Positions 38,282-50,074 of a DNA stretch of 64,000 nt are shown one piece after another. The stretch spans positions 69,688,001 through 69,752,000 of the forward strand of contig OX597814.1 in the NCBI GenBank assembly GCA_951406725.2, in the 5' to 3' direction. Source of the stretch: Octopus vulgaris (Eukaryota). The notes under the pieces were generated by a model. It was given only the letters and a program-made list of their open reading frames with translations, had not been told where the DNA came from and made no database searches. Position 1 is the first letter of the stretch. Every line of letters begins with the position of its first letter. The position numbers were made by a program, and so were the translations under genes.

Positions 38282-39119
38282 CTTAAGAAAAAAAATTTCT
38301 TCAGTATATGGAAAGTGTTTATGTAGAATTAAAAAAAAAAAATATTACTTATTATCATTAATGATATGGTAACAATTCTTTTTTATTAATGGTTGATCTT
38401 GGAGGATTAAACAGTATTTTCAGCAGTTTCAAGCTTTTTTTAAATTGAGTGATAGGGAACAGCTTATGTTCAGTTGTCAGAAGAACTGAGTTAAGAATAG
38501 AGTGCCAGTGCTATGTAGTAATGCCAGAAAATTTGAGCAGTGTTTAGTAGCATTAGATGGAACTCAGTAGGAGACACACTGACTATATTTGAGTGGTGAT
38601 AGTGGTACACAGTTGATAAGAGTAAAGGAACAATAGAAAAGACACTGAGGGCACAATGCAACAAAATACTAAGTAATATTCGTTACATATTGTTGATTGA
38701 GTGAAAGATTTGTCATTAGACAGATGATATTTTAGGGATATATTTCAGAATATGTGTGTGTGCATCTTTATATATGTGTATTATTCACTTCTCAAGACAT
38801 GAGAGAAGTTGTGTAGGTTAATGTTTTTAGAGAAAATGTAGCCAGTAAAGGAATTCTAGAAGACTGTACCCTGAGAAAGAATGACTGAACAAACTGTGTG
38901 GTGCTGAAGCTGAACAGTGAAGCGAATAGGTGTCATGAGAGAGAAGTGGGTGTGTCAGGTGGGTCAAGGAAGAAGTGACATATAATTTGCTAGTTTAGAG
39001 GAATAGAACCCATTGTAGAAATGGTAAAAGAGGCAGAGAAAATTAGAAGCAAATGTGTAAGCTTAATGGCAAGTGAGCCTTTGTCAATAAGTCAAATGGC
39101 CAATTTTTGCTTTCATTTA

Positions 39120-39960
39120 GGATTTTTGAGTGCACAGATGCAGTACCATCACAGATATGACATTACCAACTGTCACTCAGGTGTTTGTATCAGGTTGGAT
39201 TTCTTATTTTGGTACACCTGCAATAATTACAACTGACAGAGGTCAGCAATTTGAAACCCAACTTTTTTATGATCTGACATAAATCTGAGAATCCAGGTAT
39301 AGCCACACCAAAGCTACCATCCTGCCTCAAATGGATGCATCAAGTGATTTCATAACCAAGTAATAGCATCTTTGCATGCATATCCTGACCAACAGAAATG
39401 GACAGAATATTTGCCCATTGTTCTTGGTCTTCGTTCTGCTGTTAAAACAGACATTGGTTTTTCCCCAGCAGAATTGTTGTTTGGATCACCTTTATCATTA
39501 CCTGGTCACATGATCACTCCAGTTTCTTCGCATTCACCAGATTAATCAAGCTATGTGGATCGTCTTAGACATTACATAGAGACTTTGCCTCCCACCATCA
39601 CAAGACAGCAATCCACTAAATCCTATGTTTTCATGAGGAATGATGCGGTTAGCCATCCATTAACCCCTCCATACCAAGGACCTTATTGAGTGTTATCTCA
39701 TGCAGATAGATGCGTTACTATTGACTATAAAGGTGTGAAAGACACTGTCAGTGTAGATAGACTAAAAATGGCCTACATAGACACAACTGTTCCCACTCCC
39801 ATTACACATAATGCATGCACTGCACAACAGACACAGCCCATACAACAAACTTCAAATTCGCCCTCCATAACAACTAGGGGTCAGACGAAGAGTGCATTGC
39901 CCCAAAAAATTGACTCAGACTTAGTATATCTAAAGGAACATTGAATGAACTCTTTTCTTG
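39120..39960 (+). mobile_element. Ty3/Gypsy integrase remnant
   Basis: YHPASNG, GLRSAVKTDIGFSPAELLFGSPLSLPG, the GPY/F-type motif PLTPPYQGPY, and TVSVDRLK. Confidence 0.85.
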
Positions 39961-39963
39961 AAT

Positions 39964-40551
39964 TGTGATATTTTGTTTTCATGCCATTTTCATTGTTTAT
40001 GCATGCTATTTCCATCGTTGTGCTTGCACCCTATTTTTGTTGTCATATTGTTACATATTACATTTTCTTTGGTTCATTATTTTGTACCTTAAAGGCTTCC
40101 GGCATGTTTTGCACTGTAGATACATATTCTTTCATCTCCCATTGTTGCCATAGATCCATGACTGCCAAAGGAGTCTGTAGCGCACTCGTCGTGCCTGCTT
40201 GGATTATCTCAGGGTTAAACATAAAAGGCCTAGAAAGGATGAAGCAGGCAGCCACAATGCATGTGAAAAACACAACAGCCCTTAACAGAAGTTGTGAAAG
40301 GCATATACGGAGCCAAATTGACAGGACTCTTCTTCTTTTCCCTTTTGGGCTGTCAGCTCACCAACTGCCCACAGCTAGGACTGCTAGCTCTCTTTCTTTG
40401 CTTCAGCACCCTACACATGGTGGCATGATACCTCTCTCACAGTAGGTACTTTCTGACAATATAGTCTCTCATTCTGTTTTTGTTTAAATGGTACATGCCA
40501 GAATGCCATGACATCTTGCAATGCATCTCCAGCAAAATAAAAATTGTTACA
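39964..40551 (+). mobile_element. Probable 3' LTR of the Gypsy element
   Basis: Begins TGTGATATTTT and ends AAAATTGTTACA (imperfect terminal inverted repeat, TG...CA). AATAAA near the 3' end; directly follows the integrase. Confidence 0.55.
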
Positions 40552-41469
40552 ATTATATTTAGTGAGTGTTCATTCCTCATTTACACAAAGCCCACTCCTA
40601 ATCAGCACATTGCCAGCCTAATAATAAAAAAAAACACCCATATACTCACTAAATATCTAACTTCAGAGAATCTGCTTACCTACCAATCTTTAATCAAGAT
40701 GGGTTTGCCCATTTTAATTTCAGTTCTGTGCTGCATATACATAATAAGTATCCTTTCAAACACTTCTCCACACAGTGTTACAAACTTGCTCCCTAATTTG
40801 CCAATTGTAATCATTTCATCCCAACAAGATGACTGATTCAAATAATGTCCTTCTTATTACTCTTTAGCAGTTTGCTCATATTCTCATTAAACTATGCTTT
40901 CTTTCTCTCTGAGCAGAGATCTGTAGCAATCTCTTGAAACACTATAGTGTACTTTAATCACAAGACAAGCAGTCTCTGTGATACTACTCACTACTACATT
41001 CAGTCTCTCCCATCTCTAGAATAGAAAGTTCCAGCCAGATGATTTCACTTAATATATGCTGACCCACATTCTCTGGTGTATGATTCAGTTGCCTCTCCAA
41101 TACTTTTCATATTGAATCATTTACTGATTGTTACCTCAAATGACACATGTTTGTGTAGAAATAATACCACTTTCACTCTTTCTTAAACCTTCTAAACACA
41201 AGCATCTTCACATGCAACCTAGCCTTTTCATGTAGGCTTCCATGAACAGAGACCTAAAAATAAATTCCAATGTAAACATACAGGTCTAGTTTCCTTCAAC
41301 AGCACCAAGACAATTGCCATACATATTCAGGAAATAATTTTGAAATACTAAACCATCTATGAGCATGAACAGCCTGAATCCCTCAAAGTTTCATGATTTC
41401 ACAATTTCTGGAGATTTCCCTGGCACCCTCACAAATATAACATTCAAAATTTGCTGCTGTAAAACTACA

Positions 41470-41709
41470 CTTCCTCTTTAGGGTGAGAAATTATTTTGCC
41501 TCTGATTAGCCACTGATACGCATCTGAAATTCTCTTATCACATTGATGTTGCCCGTGCTGCAGGTGGTGGCCACATTGAACACTTGTAAGACAGAAAATA
41601 AAAGTTGATTGCAAGTAAATACTTGTAACTTAGCTGGTGTTTTCTATTGCTTTTCCTTATTAAAATAGTGCATAATGAAATCAATTCATTCCTTTTGAAT
41701 AACCCTGTA
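41470..41709 (+). mobile_element. Tc1/mariner-like 3' end
   Basis: IDVARAAGGGHIEHL* C-terminus followed by a TIR-like gaataaccctg and TA. Confidence 0.6.
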
Positions 41710-41713
41710 TAAC

Positions 41714-42085
41714 TGTAACGATTTTTATTTTGTTGGAGATGCGTTGCAAGATGTTATGGCATTCTGGTATATACCGTTTAAACAAAAACAGAGCGAGTGA
41801 ATATATTACTGTAAGAGAGGTATCGAGATACTAAGTGTACGGCACTGAAGCAAAGAAAGAGAGCCAGCCGTTCTAGCTGTGAGCAGTTGGCAAGCTGACT
41901 GCCCAAAAGGGAAAGGAGGAAGTCATGTCAGTTTGGCTCCTTATATGCCTTTCACGACTTCTGTTAAGGATTGTTGTGTTTTGTTCATGCATTGTGGCTG
42001 CCTGCTTCATCCCTTCCGGGCCTTTTCTGTTTAACCCTGAGATAATCCAAGCAGACATGACAAGTACACCGCAGATCTTTGCAAG
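41714..42085 (-). mobile_element. Partial second copy of the LTR-like repeat, inverted
   Basis: Reverse complement of about 40165-40551, ending at the same ...gttaCA terminus. Confidence 0.7.
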
Positions 42086-43493
42086 AAACCAGGAGACTTG
42101 AGAGCTGAGAGAATTTGTAAACCATGTAATGTACAAAGGTATCTTTTTGCATTCTTGTTGACTATCTATCATGCAGGTATTAGAGGACTTCCTCTCAAAG
42201 TGTTGTAAACAGTATTCTGTAATGTTGCAGCACAATAGAAAGTGATCTTGTTAGGGTTTATAAAAGCAAATTTGTGATGGAGATATAAAAGGACATATCT
42301 GAGAAGATACTACTGATTACATATTTAAATGTCTCAGGTGCACCACAGATAAGCAGTTTTGCTCTTAAGATTAGAAAGTACAGAAAAGATGGTGCTTCAT
42401 CCAGTTAACAGGCTTAAAGCAGGAGTTCTTACAAGGTAAGATAGAAAGTAGTTCTTGCAAGGTAAGATGGTATAAAGTGAATTGCATTAAATGATCTATT
42501 GTAGACATAGATCAGAATAGCTGAGTAAAGGTAATATTTGGAGGCAAGATAGTGATCTAGTATTTAGAGAGTCTGTGGACAAGTAAACATTGGAACTGGT
42601 GTAAACAATAAGATCAAGTAATTCTACCTCCATGTTGGTGTTGTCAGTGCAGAAAATGTGTTGAGGAATTATGTATGTTGATACCACTGAGAATGATACC
42701 TTCAGAGAAAAGTGAGTCATGCTAGTAATCCTCAATGCTGGATGTGAAATAAAGCTGGAAACTGCTGGTAGTTGGAAGATTTAGGGTAATAGCAAATGCA
42801 GCAGATGAATTTAGAGAAAAGCAAATGAAAGAATTTGAGAAAAACTAGAAGCTTTTGTTCCTGATGTCCAAGTAAGTGGACTTTAGATAGTGTCAACACC
42901 ACATTTAAAAAAAGTGGCTAAAATATTGAGTATAGCTTATACAGCAGAGATATATAGGCTACACTCAATTATTAAGTATCAGGGTCAAACTTGAAGAATC
43001 CTAAGACTGATAGTACACTGTCTGGACTGGTCACATTCTCGACTTTATGTAAACATTACTCATACCTAGCTGCCGTGTGCACATGACAGTATGGAGAGGA
43101 ATCTGATCAGTAAGCTTGCTGAGAAAATTTACAGCATAAACAGTAAAAAACATGATATTTCTTAAAATAATAATAATAAAAAGCAAGAACTTTTTAAAGA
43201 GTAAATTAATCTATTCAGTTATAATTTATCACCACACTGAATACAACTCCCATTAATATTCGTGTGTTGCATGACATATAGATTACACACATTTAATAAC
43301 AAATTCCTGTGTTACAGGCTTGCTCAAATAGAGCTCATAGAAGTTTTCTTAACAGTATCCTATTTACATATGGAGTATAATTAGACATACACACACACAC
43401 ATTAAACTGTGGAATAATATGATTAGTAGTTTCATCTAAACCTATGATCTCTTAAGAAAAGCCAAACTAAATGCTTGTTTTTATATAATTCAC

Positions 43494-43661
43494 CTGATCA
43501 TTCCAATCTGAGGTATCATAATTCTTGTCCTGGAATACTTTGTACTCATTCTTGAATTCTGTAAAAATGTCTTCAACTTGCTTTGTAAGGCTCTTGCCAT
43601 TAAGACCACCTATAACAATTTTTTCAAGTTTATTGAATTCAGTGAATGTTTCCAAAAGTTT
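43494..43661 (-). CDS. Axonemal dynein beta heavy chain, exon 2 of 6 seen, 168 bp, phase 0 to 0
   Basis: tctttcag|AAA CTT TTG GAA...AAT GAT CAG|gtgaat. Encodes KLLETFTEFNKLEKIVIGGLNGKSLTKQVEDIFTEF, with the F.KLEK..IGG..G..L dynein motif. Confidence 0.93.
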
Positions 43662-43752
43662 CTGAAAGATATAAGCAAAACAAAATTAAACAATTTTAAT
43701 TGACATGTTTGTAGTTGAAAACAGACATGAAACAAATGATTTGGAAGTATTT

Positions 43753-44655
43753 CATCATCATCGTTTAGCGTCCGTTTTCCATGCTAGCATGGGTTGGACG
43801 GGTCAACTGGGGTCTGTGAAGCTGGAAGGCTTCGTCAGGCCCAGTCAGATCTGGCAGTGTTTCTACGGCTGGATGCCCTTCCTAACGCCAACCACTCCGC
43901 GTGTGTAGTGGGTGTTTTTTACGTGCCACCTGCACAGGTGCCAGACAGAGCTGGCGAACGGCCACGAACGGATGGTGCTTTTACGTGTCACCGGCACGGG
44001 GCCAGGCGATGCTGGCAACGGACACGAACGGATGGTGCTTTTACGTGCCACCGACACGGGGCCAGACAGAGCTGGCAACCGGCCACGAACGGACGGTGCT
44101 TTTACGTGTCACCAGCACGGGGGCCAGCCGAGGCTGGCAACAGACACGGACGGATGGTGCTTTTACGTGCCACTGACACGGGGCCTGACAGAGCTGGCAA
44201 ACGGCCACGAACGGACGGTGCTTTTACGTGTCACCGGCACGGGGGCAACGGGGCCTTTACGTGCCGAGGCCTGACAGAGCTGGCAAACGGCCACGAACGG
44301 ACGGACGCGAACAGATGGTGCTTTTACGTGCCACCGACACGGTTGCCAGACAGAGCTGGCAAACGGCCACGAGCGGACGGTGCTTTTACGTGTCACCGGC
44401 ACGGGGGCCAGCCGAGGCTGGCAACGGACACGGACGGATGGTGCTTTTACGTGCCACCGACACGGGGCCAGACAGAGCTGGCAAACGGCCACGAACGGAT
44501 GGTGCTTTTACGTGCCACCGACATGGGGCCAGACAGAGCTGGCCAACGGCCACGAACGGACGGTGCTTTTACGTGTCACCGGCACGGGGCCAGGCGAGGC
44601 TGGCAACGAACACGAACGGATGGTGCTTTTACGTGCCACCGACACGGGGCCAGGC
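43753..44655 (-). mobile_element. RTE LINE 3'UTR with an expanded about 60-bp tandem array (about 13 units)
   Basis: RTE terminus at 43753-43915, then repeated ggtgcttttacgtgYcaccgRcacggggcca... units. Confidence 0.9.
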
Positions 44656-45084
44656 ATCTATATTTATTATGTGTCTTTAGTCTACATTAATTTCTTTTGA
44701 GCTTTCACCTAATTATTTTTCCCATACCATTTTGGTAAATGAGCTAGCATGCAGTTGCTTGATGTATAAAGAATAACAGAAAATTTCTTACCATTTTTTT
44801 AAAAAAATGGATTCACTGGATTATGCAGTCCAATGGTACAAGATAATCATAAGTGAAATGGTTTTGACCACAGGTCTACTATGCTATGTAGTCAACCTTC
44901 ATGTCATGTCATGTCATGTCTACTTGCATCCCATTTACATTCAGTTTCTTCAGTTCATACTGTATATCAAATATTCATTATTTAAAATATTGATAAGTGT
45001 TATGGATGAGAGCTTATAATATCACTTATGCAACTGATCAATGCTAAAGCATTTTCTGACTCTCAAGAAGCAGGTTATAACTAC

Positions 45085-45318
45085 CTTCAATAATAGGATC
45101 CTGTGGAAAAATTTGTCTAATTTTTCAAAAACTTCATCTGAACTGAACTTCCACAAATCAGGTTCTTTGTCTTCCGGAAAATAAGTTGGCACCAACTCTT
45201 CAGCAAACAGATATGCTTCCTTAAAACTTCTTAAAATCTTTTCTGTGTCAACCACTTTCCACATATCTTCATCAGCCTCTCCTTTAAATAACTCAGTTGG
45301 TTCCAGGTAATTTCTTGC
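45085..45318 (-). CDS. Axonemal dynein beta heavy chain, exon 1 of 6 seen (internal exon), 234 bp, phase 0 to 0
   Basis: aaaatcag|GCA AGA AAT TAC...TTG AAG|gtagtt. Encodes ARNYLEPTELFKGE...WKFSSDEVFEKLDKFFHRI, with the W.F....VF..LD.F..R dynein motif. Confidence 0.92.
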
Positions 45319-45994
45319 CTGATTTTGCAAATATAGATCAGCAGTTAATAATTTTAGTTTCTTAATAAAAAAAATATAAGTAAGCAAACATACACCTATG
45401 AATATACAAAATAGCTGTTAAATGACACATCTCCAACAAATGGAGTCACTTCATACAAAGGTTTGACAGTTATAGGTATATGAAGTGTCGAAAATTTGCC
45501 ATCATACGCAATTTCCTTGACTTTAGTCAAGTTAAGGAAAGCATTCAAATCTCTACAGTTGTTTTGCTTAAGTTGGAAGCTAAGTTGCTAAAGGGTTATG
45601 GCAGATTCTGAGGAGAATTTAGGTGCATGTAACTACTGATAAATCATCAACAAAACTTTTTGAAAGTTCATCATCAACTAAAGTAGCTTTATTTTGTGGC
45701 ATGTAACTTGGTAAATGCTTATGCTGAAAGACAGTGGGTAAGGATGTAAGGAGACATATATATATATATATATATATAGGGGTTATGAGAGGTAATGGTG
45801 TCAAGAAGACCCAAAGGTGTCAGGTAATGCTAAGTAAGTGCTATGGACAGACTATAGTTATGCTCCAAGTTCGGTGATTATGCGAATGAGGAGTCCAACA
45901 TAGGTCATATATCAGCAAGTGTATATATAAAAAATAATAGAATGAGATAAAAATCCAAGGCTGTGAAAAATTTCAGAACATTTATATATAGAAG

Positions 45995-46042
45995 GTCTTA
46001 CAGCTGTTTTCGGGATATCTTATATATCCCTTCATCGGAGAC
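45995..46042 (-). ncRNA. Type-I hammerhead motif, U4C core
   Basis: Minus strand: gtct-CCGATGA-a-gggatat ataag atatccc-GAAA(A)-CAGCTG-TA-agac. One extra A after GAAA. Confidence 0.7.
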
Positions 46043-46218
46043 GGTGTGAGAAAATGGCTAAGCAATAGTTATTCTAGATAAGATATGAAATAGAGAGTGA
46101 AGTGGAGGAATGAAAATAGAGGTGAGATATGCAGGGATATTGTATCTTCAATTCCATTATTTAGGCAGAATGGTATACATATAAGATTCCTGTACCTTGT
46201 GATTAAGTTCCAATAGTA

Positions 46219-48319
46219 CCGTATTTTCCGCACTATAAGGCACACCGGATTATAAGGCGCACCTTCAATGAATGGCCTATTTTAAAACTTTGTCCATATA
46301 TAAGACGCACTGCATTATAAGGCGCATGGAATAGACGCTACAGTAGAGGCTGGGGTTACGTTATGCATCCATTAGATGGAGCTGCGCTGAAAGGAATGTC
46401 AACAAAACAGTTGGATAGGTCAGTCAAACTTTATTAATAGATTACAAACCAGCGTTCTGACAACTCCGTTTACTCCCAAAATGAATAAACAGCTGTTTTA
46501 TCATTTTCCCCGAGGTAAAGTCAGTGACGTGGTATTTTGTTTATTTTCTAACAACAGCAAGGTATAACATGTAGTGCAACATTTAGATCACATAGTGGAG
46601 GGGAAATTTTCCTCGATTCAATAAGCACGTAAAAAACAGTCTGATACAGTTACAGTAAATTAAACGTTAGTGCAATCACAATATAGTAACACTCGAAATA
46701 GTGCAAAGCAATAAAAAATATCAATAACTTAACGTTGCTCAAACGTTAATGTCACACAACACAACACACAAAATAAACATATAAAGCTCACTTTATTAAG
46801 TTATTCCTCATTCACGAATCCCTCGAATTCTTCTTCTTCAGTGTCCGAATTAAACAGTTGGGCGAATACGGGCTCTGTCTCGTCAAAGTCATCATTAATC
46901 GAGTCAGTGTCGCTGATGTTGTCTAGCAGTTCAGTGACAATTCCTGCCTTCCTGAAAGCTCAGACAGCTGAGACTGATATATCAGCCCAGGCATTTACGA
47001 TCCATTGGCAGATAGTGGCGTATGTCGTTCGGCACTGTCTCCCTGTCATGGTAAAAGTGTGTTCGCCTTCTGTCATCCACTGTTCCCACGCAGTTCGCAG
47101 TCTAGCTTTGAATGCCCTGTTGACACCAATATCTAGCGGCTGGAGTTCTTTTGTCAATCCACCTAGAATGACGGCGAGTATTGAATTCGTGTGCTTCACA
47201 TGTTTTTTGATATTTGTGATATGGGAGCGCATGGAGTCGTAGATCAAAAGGGACGGAGCTGTGTGAAAAAAGCCACCCGGTCTCTTCACGTAAATTTCTT
47301 TCAACCACTCGCTCATCTTTTCGTCATCCATCCATCCCTTTGAGTTAGCTTTGATGATGACGCCAGCTGGAAAGTTTTCTTTTGGCAAGGTCTTCCTCTT
47401 GAAAATAACCATGGGTGGAAGTTTCTTGCCATTAGCTTGGCAAGCGAGAACTACAGTGAAGGATGACTTCTCATTTCCTGTGGTGTGAACATTTACCGTA
47501 CGTGCTCCCGTTTTTTCCACAGTGCGGTTCACAGGAATATCAAAGGTGAGTGGAACCTCGTCCATGTTGATGATGTGCTCTGGCCGGATCTTTTTTTCAG
47601 TAATCTTGTTTTTGCAAAATGCGCGAAAAGTGACCAGCTTTTCTTGGTAGTCTTTTGGCAGTTGCTGTGAAACTAGTTTGTGTGCGAATGGAGAGATTAC
47701 ATCTTTGCATAAACCAAAAGCACCAAGAAGGACCGCCCTTAAATTCATTAATGTTAAGTTCGCTTGCTAGCGCTGTTGCCTTCGTTCGAATAGTGATTGT
47801 ACTGACACTTCTACCTGCTGCTCTCTGTTCAACAACCCTCTGTTCGAGTTTGTTCTCCAACTGTGGCCATCTCGCTTTGTTCCCTCGGAAACTCTTTTTA
47901 GTCTTCTTTACTTGGCTCAGGTCATCTTGTTGCTTCCTCCACTTCCGCACCATTGATTCATTAATGTTAAATTCTCTCGCTGCTGCTCTATTCCCGTGTT
48001 CTACTGCGTGACTGATCGCCTTGAGTTTAAACTCTGCGCCGTAGGCGTGTCTCTTAATAGGAGCCATTTTGGGGTCTCTACATAAACACACAAATGGAAA
48101 TGAAACGGCACACCTCGCGCAGTCATATATCCCACCATGCACCGCACGCTTCTTCTACGAGGGAAAATGAAGTCGACGGCTGCTTACCGTAGTTTCGAGA
48201 CCTGTTGTGGCTCAATATTGGTCCACATATAAGGCACACCGGATTATAAGGCTTTTGATTATAAGGCTTTTGAGAAAATTGAAGGTTTTTAGGTGCGCCT
48301 TATAGTGCGGCAAATACAG
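46219..48319 (-). mobile_element. Near-complete pogo-superfamily (Passer/POGK-like) DNA transposon, 2101 bp
   Basis: TA TSDs at 46217-46218 and 48320-48321. TIRs ccgtattttccgcactataaggc / gccttatagtgcggcaaatacag. Transposase has a Brinker-type HTH (HAYGAEFKLKAI...VRKWRK), a CENP-B-type HTH and a DDD triad (NMDE, YDSM, QPLD). Confidence 0.95.
46810..48067 (-). pseudogene. pogo transposase pseudogene (one frameshift near 47675, premature TGA at 46960-46962)
   Basis: ORFs 47597-48142 and 46960-47748 overlap in different frames, and homology continues past the stop (V*AFRKAGIV). Confidence 0.85.
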
Positions 48320-48949
48320 TATTTAAAATTGGTCATTCCAAGCATAGAGTTTGTAAATAGTGTTATTGAATAGAAGTCTTTTTTCGAAGTGACTTAAAAG
48401 TTGGGAATGTGTTTATAAGGTCACATCAAAAACAGGAAGAGAGGAAAAAAGAAAGGAAAAAAAAGAAAAAGGAAGGTGGGGAGAGAGATAGTAGAGAAAT
48501 GAAGAGAGGGAAAGTGTACTGGTTAGTGGTCAGTCAGTATAAATTGATAGAAGGAATGTGGAGGTGAGGGTGATAGAGAGACAAAGATATGAGATTGTAA
48601 AGAGATGAGAGTATAAAGAGTAAAGGAGTGTAAGGGAGAAGAAATGGGAGGTGAGGGTGATATAGAGATAAAGATATGAAAGATGAGAGGGTAAATAGTA
48701 AAGGAGTGTCAGGTATGTAGTGATAGAGCCTAAGTGAGGAGCAGAGAGAAGGAGTAGGGGTAGTAAAATAGTGGAATTAAAAATTTGGGAATATAGGTTA
48801 GGTTACTTAGAGGACAGGTCAGTGCTTTGTAGTGGAAGAATATATATATGTAAAAATGTATACACATGCATATAGAGTACCCATTGTTATTTAAATGTGA
48901 ATTTAATCACAATAGTACATTTGGGAAAATACCAGATTTCACTTTGTAA

Positions 48950-50074
48950 ATAGTTGAGTTAAGTATCTGACATTGCATGAAATGATATCTGAACTCAGTG
49001 AATTTTTGGAGATTTTTTTCCACATTTTTTTGGTGTTGTTTTTTTTCAACTTTGAAAATGGATAGGAGTTTTATGCTATCAAGCAGTGATTCTGAATTTA
49101 AAGGTTTTTCAATGGAAAATATGGAGATATCAAGAAAAAGAATGAATGAGGTACAAAAGGACGTGGTGTACGAGAATGAATAGGATATTTCTGTATCTGA
49201 AACTGAAAGCAACGATTCTGAAGAAACTGAAAGCAGCGATAGTGACAGCAAAGAATGAAGTAAAAACTTTTTAAATGTTTTTATTAGAAATTTTTCTGAA
49301 GAGATGGGGTTTATCCATAGTCTTTCTTAGGAAGTGAAACCCTTAGACTTTTATTTTTTTCACTATGCTTGTTTGAAGTGACCACTGTGAAAACAAACTG
49401 TTACACAGAATGTAAACAAACAGTATATGCCAGGAAAGCCCATGAAATGAGGGATCAAAGTTTGAAAATTTGTGAAGCAAATACTGGGTACTGCTGTGGA
49501 TTTAGTTTTTATACAGGGAAAATAATGTTAGTCAGCATGGCCTAGGGTATAATGTGGTCTGGAATTTATCACAATTTATAACCAGGGTCAAATATTATTT
49601 TTTGACTGATTTTTTTAGTTCAGTCAAACTTGTGGTGGATTTAGATGGATTCCAGTATTTCAGTTTATTTCACCTTTATGGTACACCTGTTCTGCTGTGC
49701 ATTAAATTCAACTGATGATCTAGTGATGTGCACAATTCTTCTATATCAAAATTTTGTTGCATACCCAATTGAATATTAACTGATGATTCATTTTCTATGG
49801 TGATGTTTAAACAAAATTTTAATATTTTTACCTTTTGTTCAGTTTACCTGGATTTACCTGTAATTAAAGTCACTTTGAGAAAACAAAAGTTATGCAACAG
49901 AATTGATTAAGAACCCTTTCTTCAATTATGTTCCAAATATCACATTAATATGTTGATAAGTAAAAAAGTTATAGTTGTTTAATGAAACTAGTCTAAATTC
50001 ATGATTATTTTGGAATTTAATTGAAACTCATGAGGGGTGTATTTTGGTCAGAAATATGGTAACGAAAGGGTTAA
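48950..50074 (+). mobile_element. Internally deleted, decayed piggyBac element
   Basis: Acidic N-terminus (SSSDSEFKGF...ESSDSD), QYMPGKPMK*GIKV, CEANTGYCCGFSFYTG and ILFFD*FFSS. Right end ...cgaaaggg-TTAA; left end not found. Confidence 0.8.

Noticed and set aside
43905-44655. CRISPR-like repeat-spacer appearance and several long overlapping ORFs
   Set aside because: The intervening segments are homologous to each other, there are no cas genes, the context is eukaryotic, and the array is part of an RTE 3'UTR. The ORFs result from stop-poor GC repeats.
45619-45804. Minus-strand ORF just upstream of the first dynein exon
   Set aside because: No dynein motif. FVDDL suggests an RT remnant, but too little remains to call.
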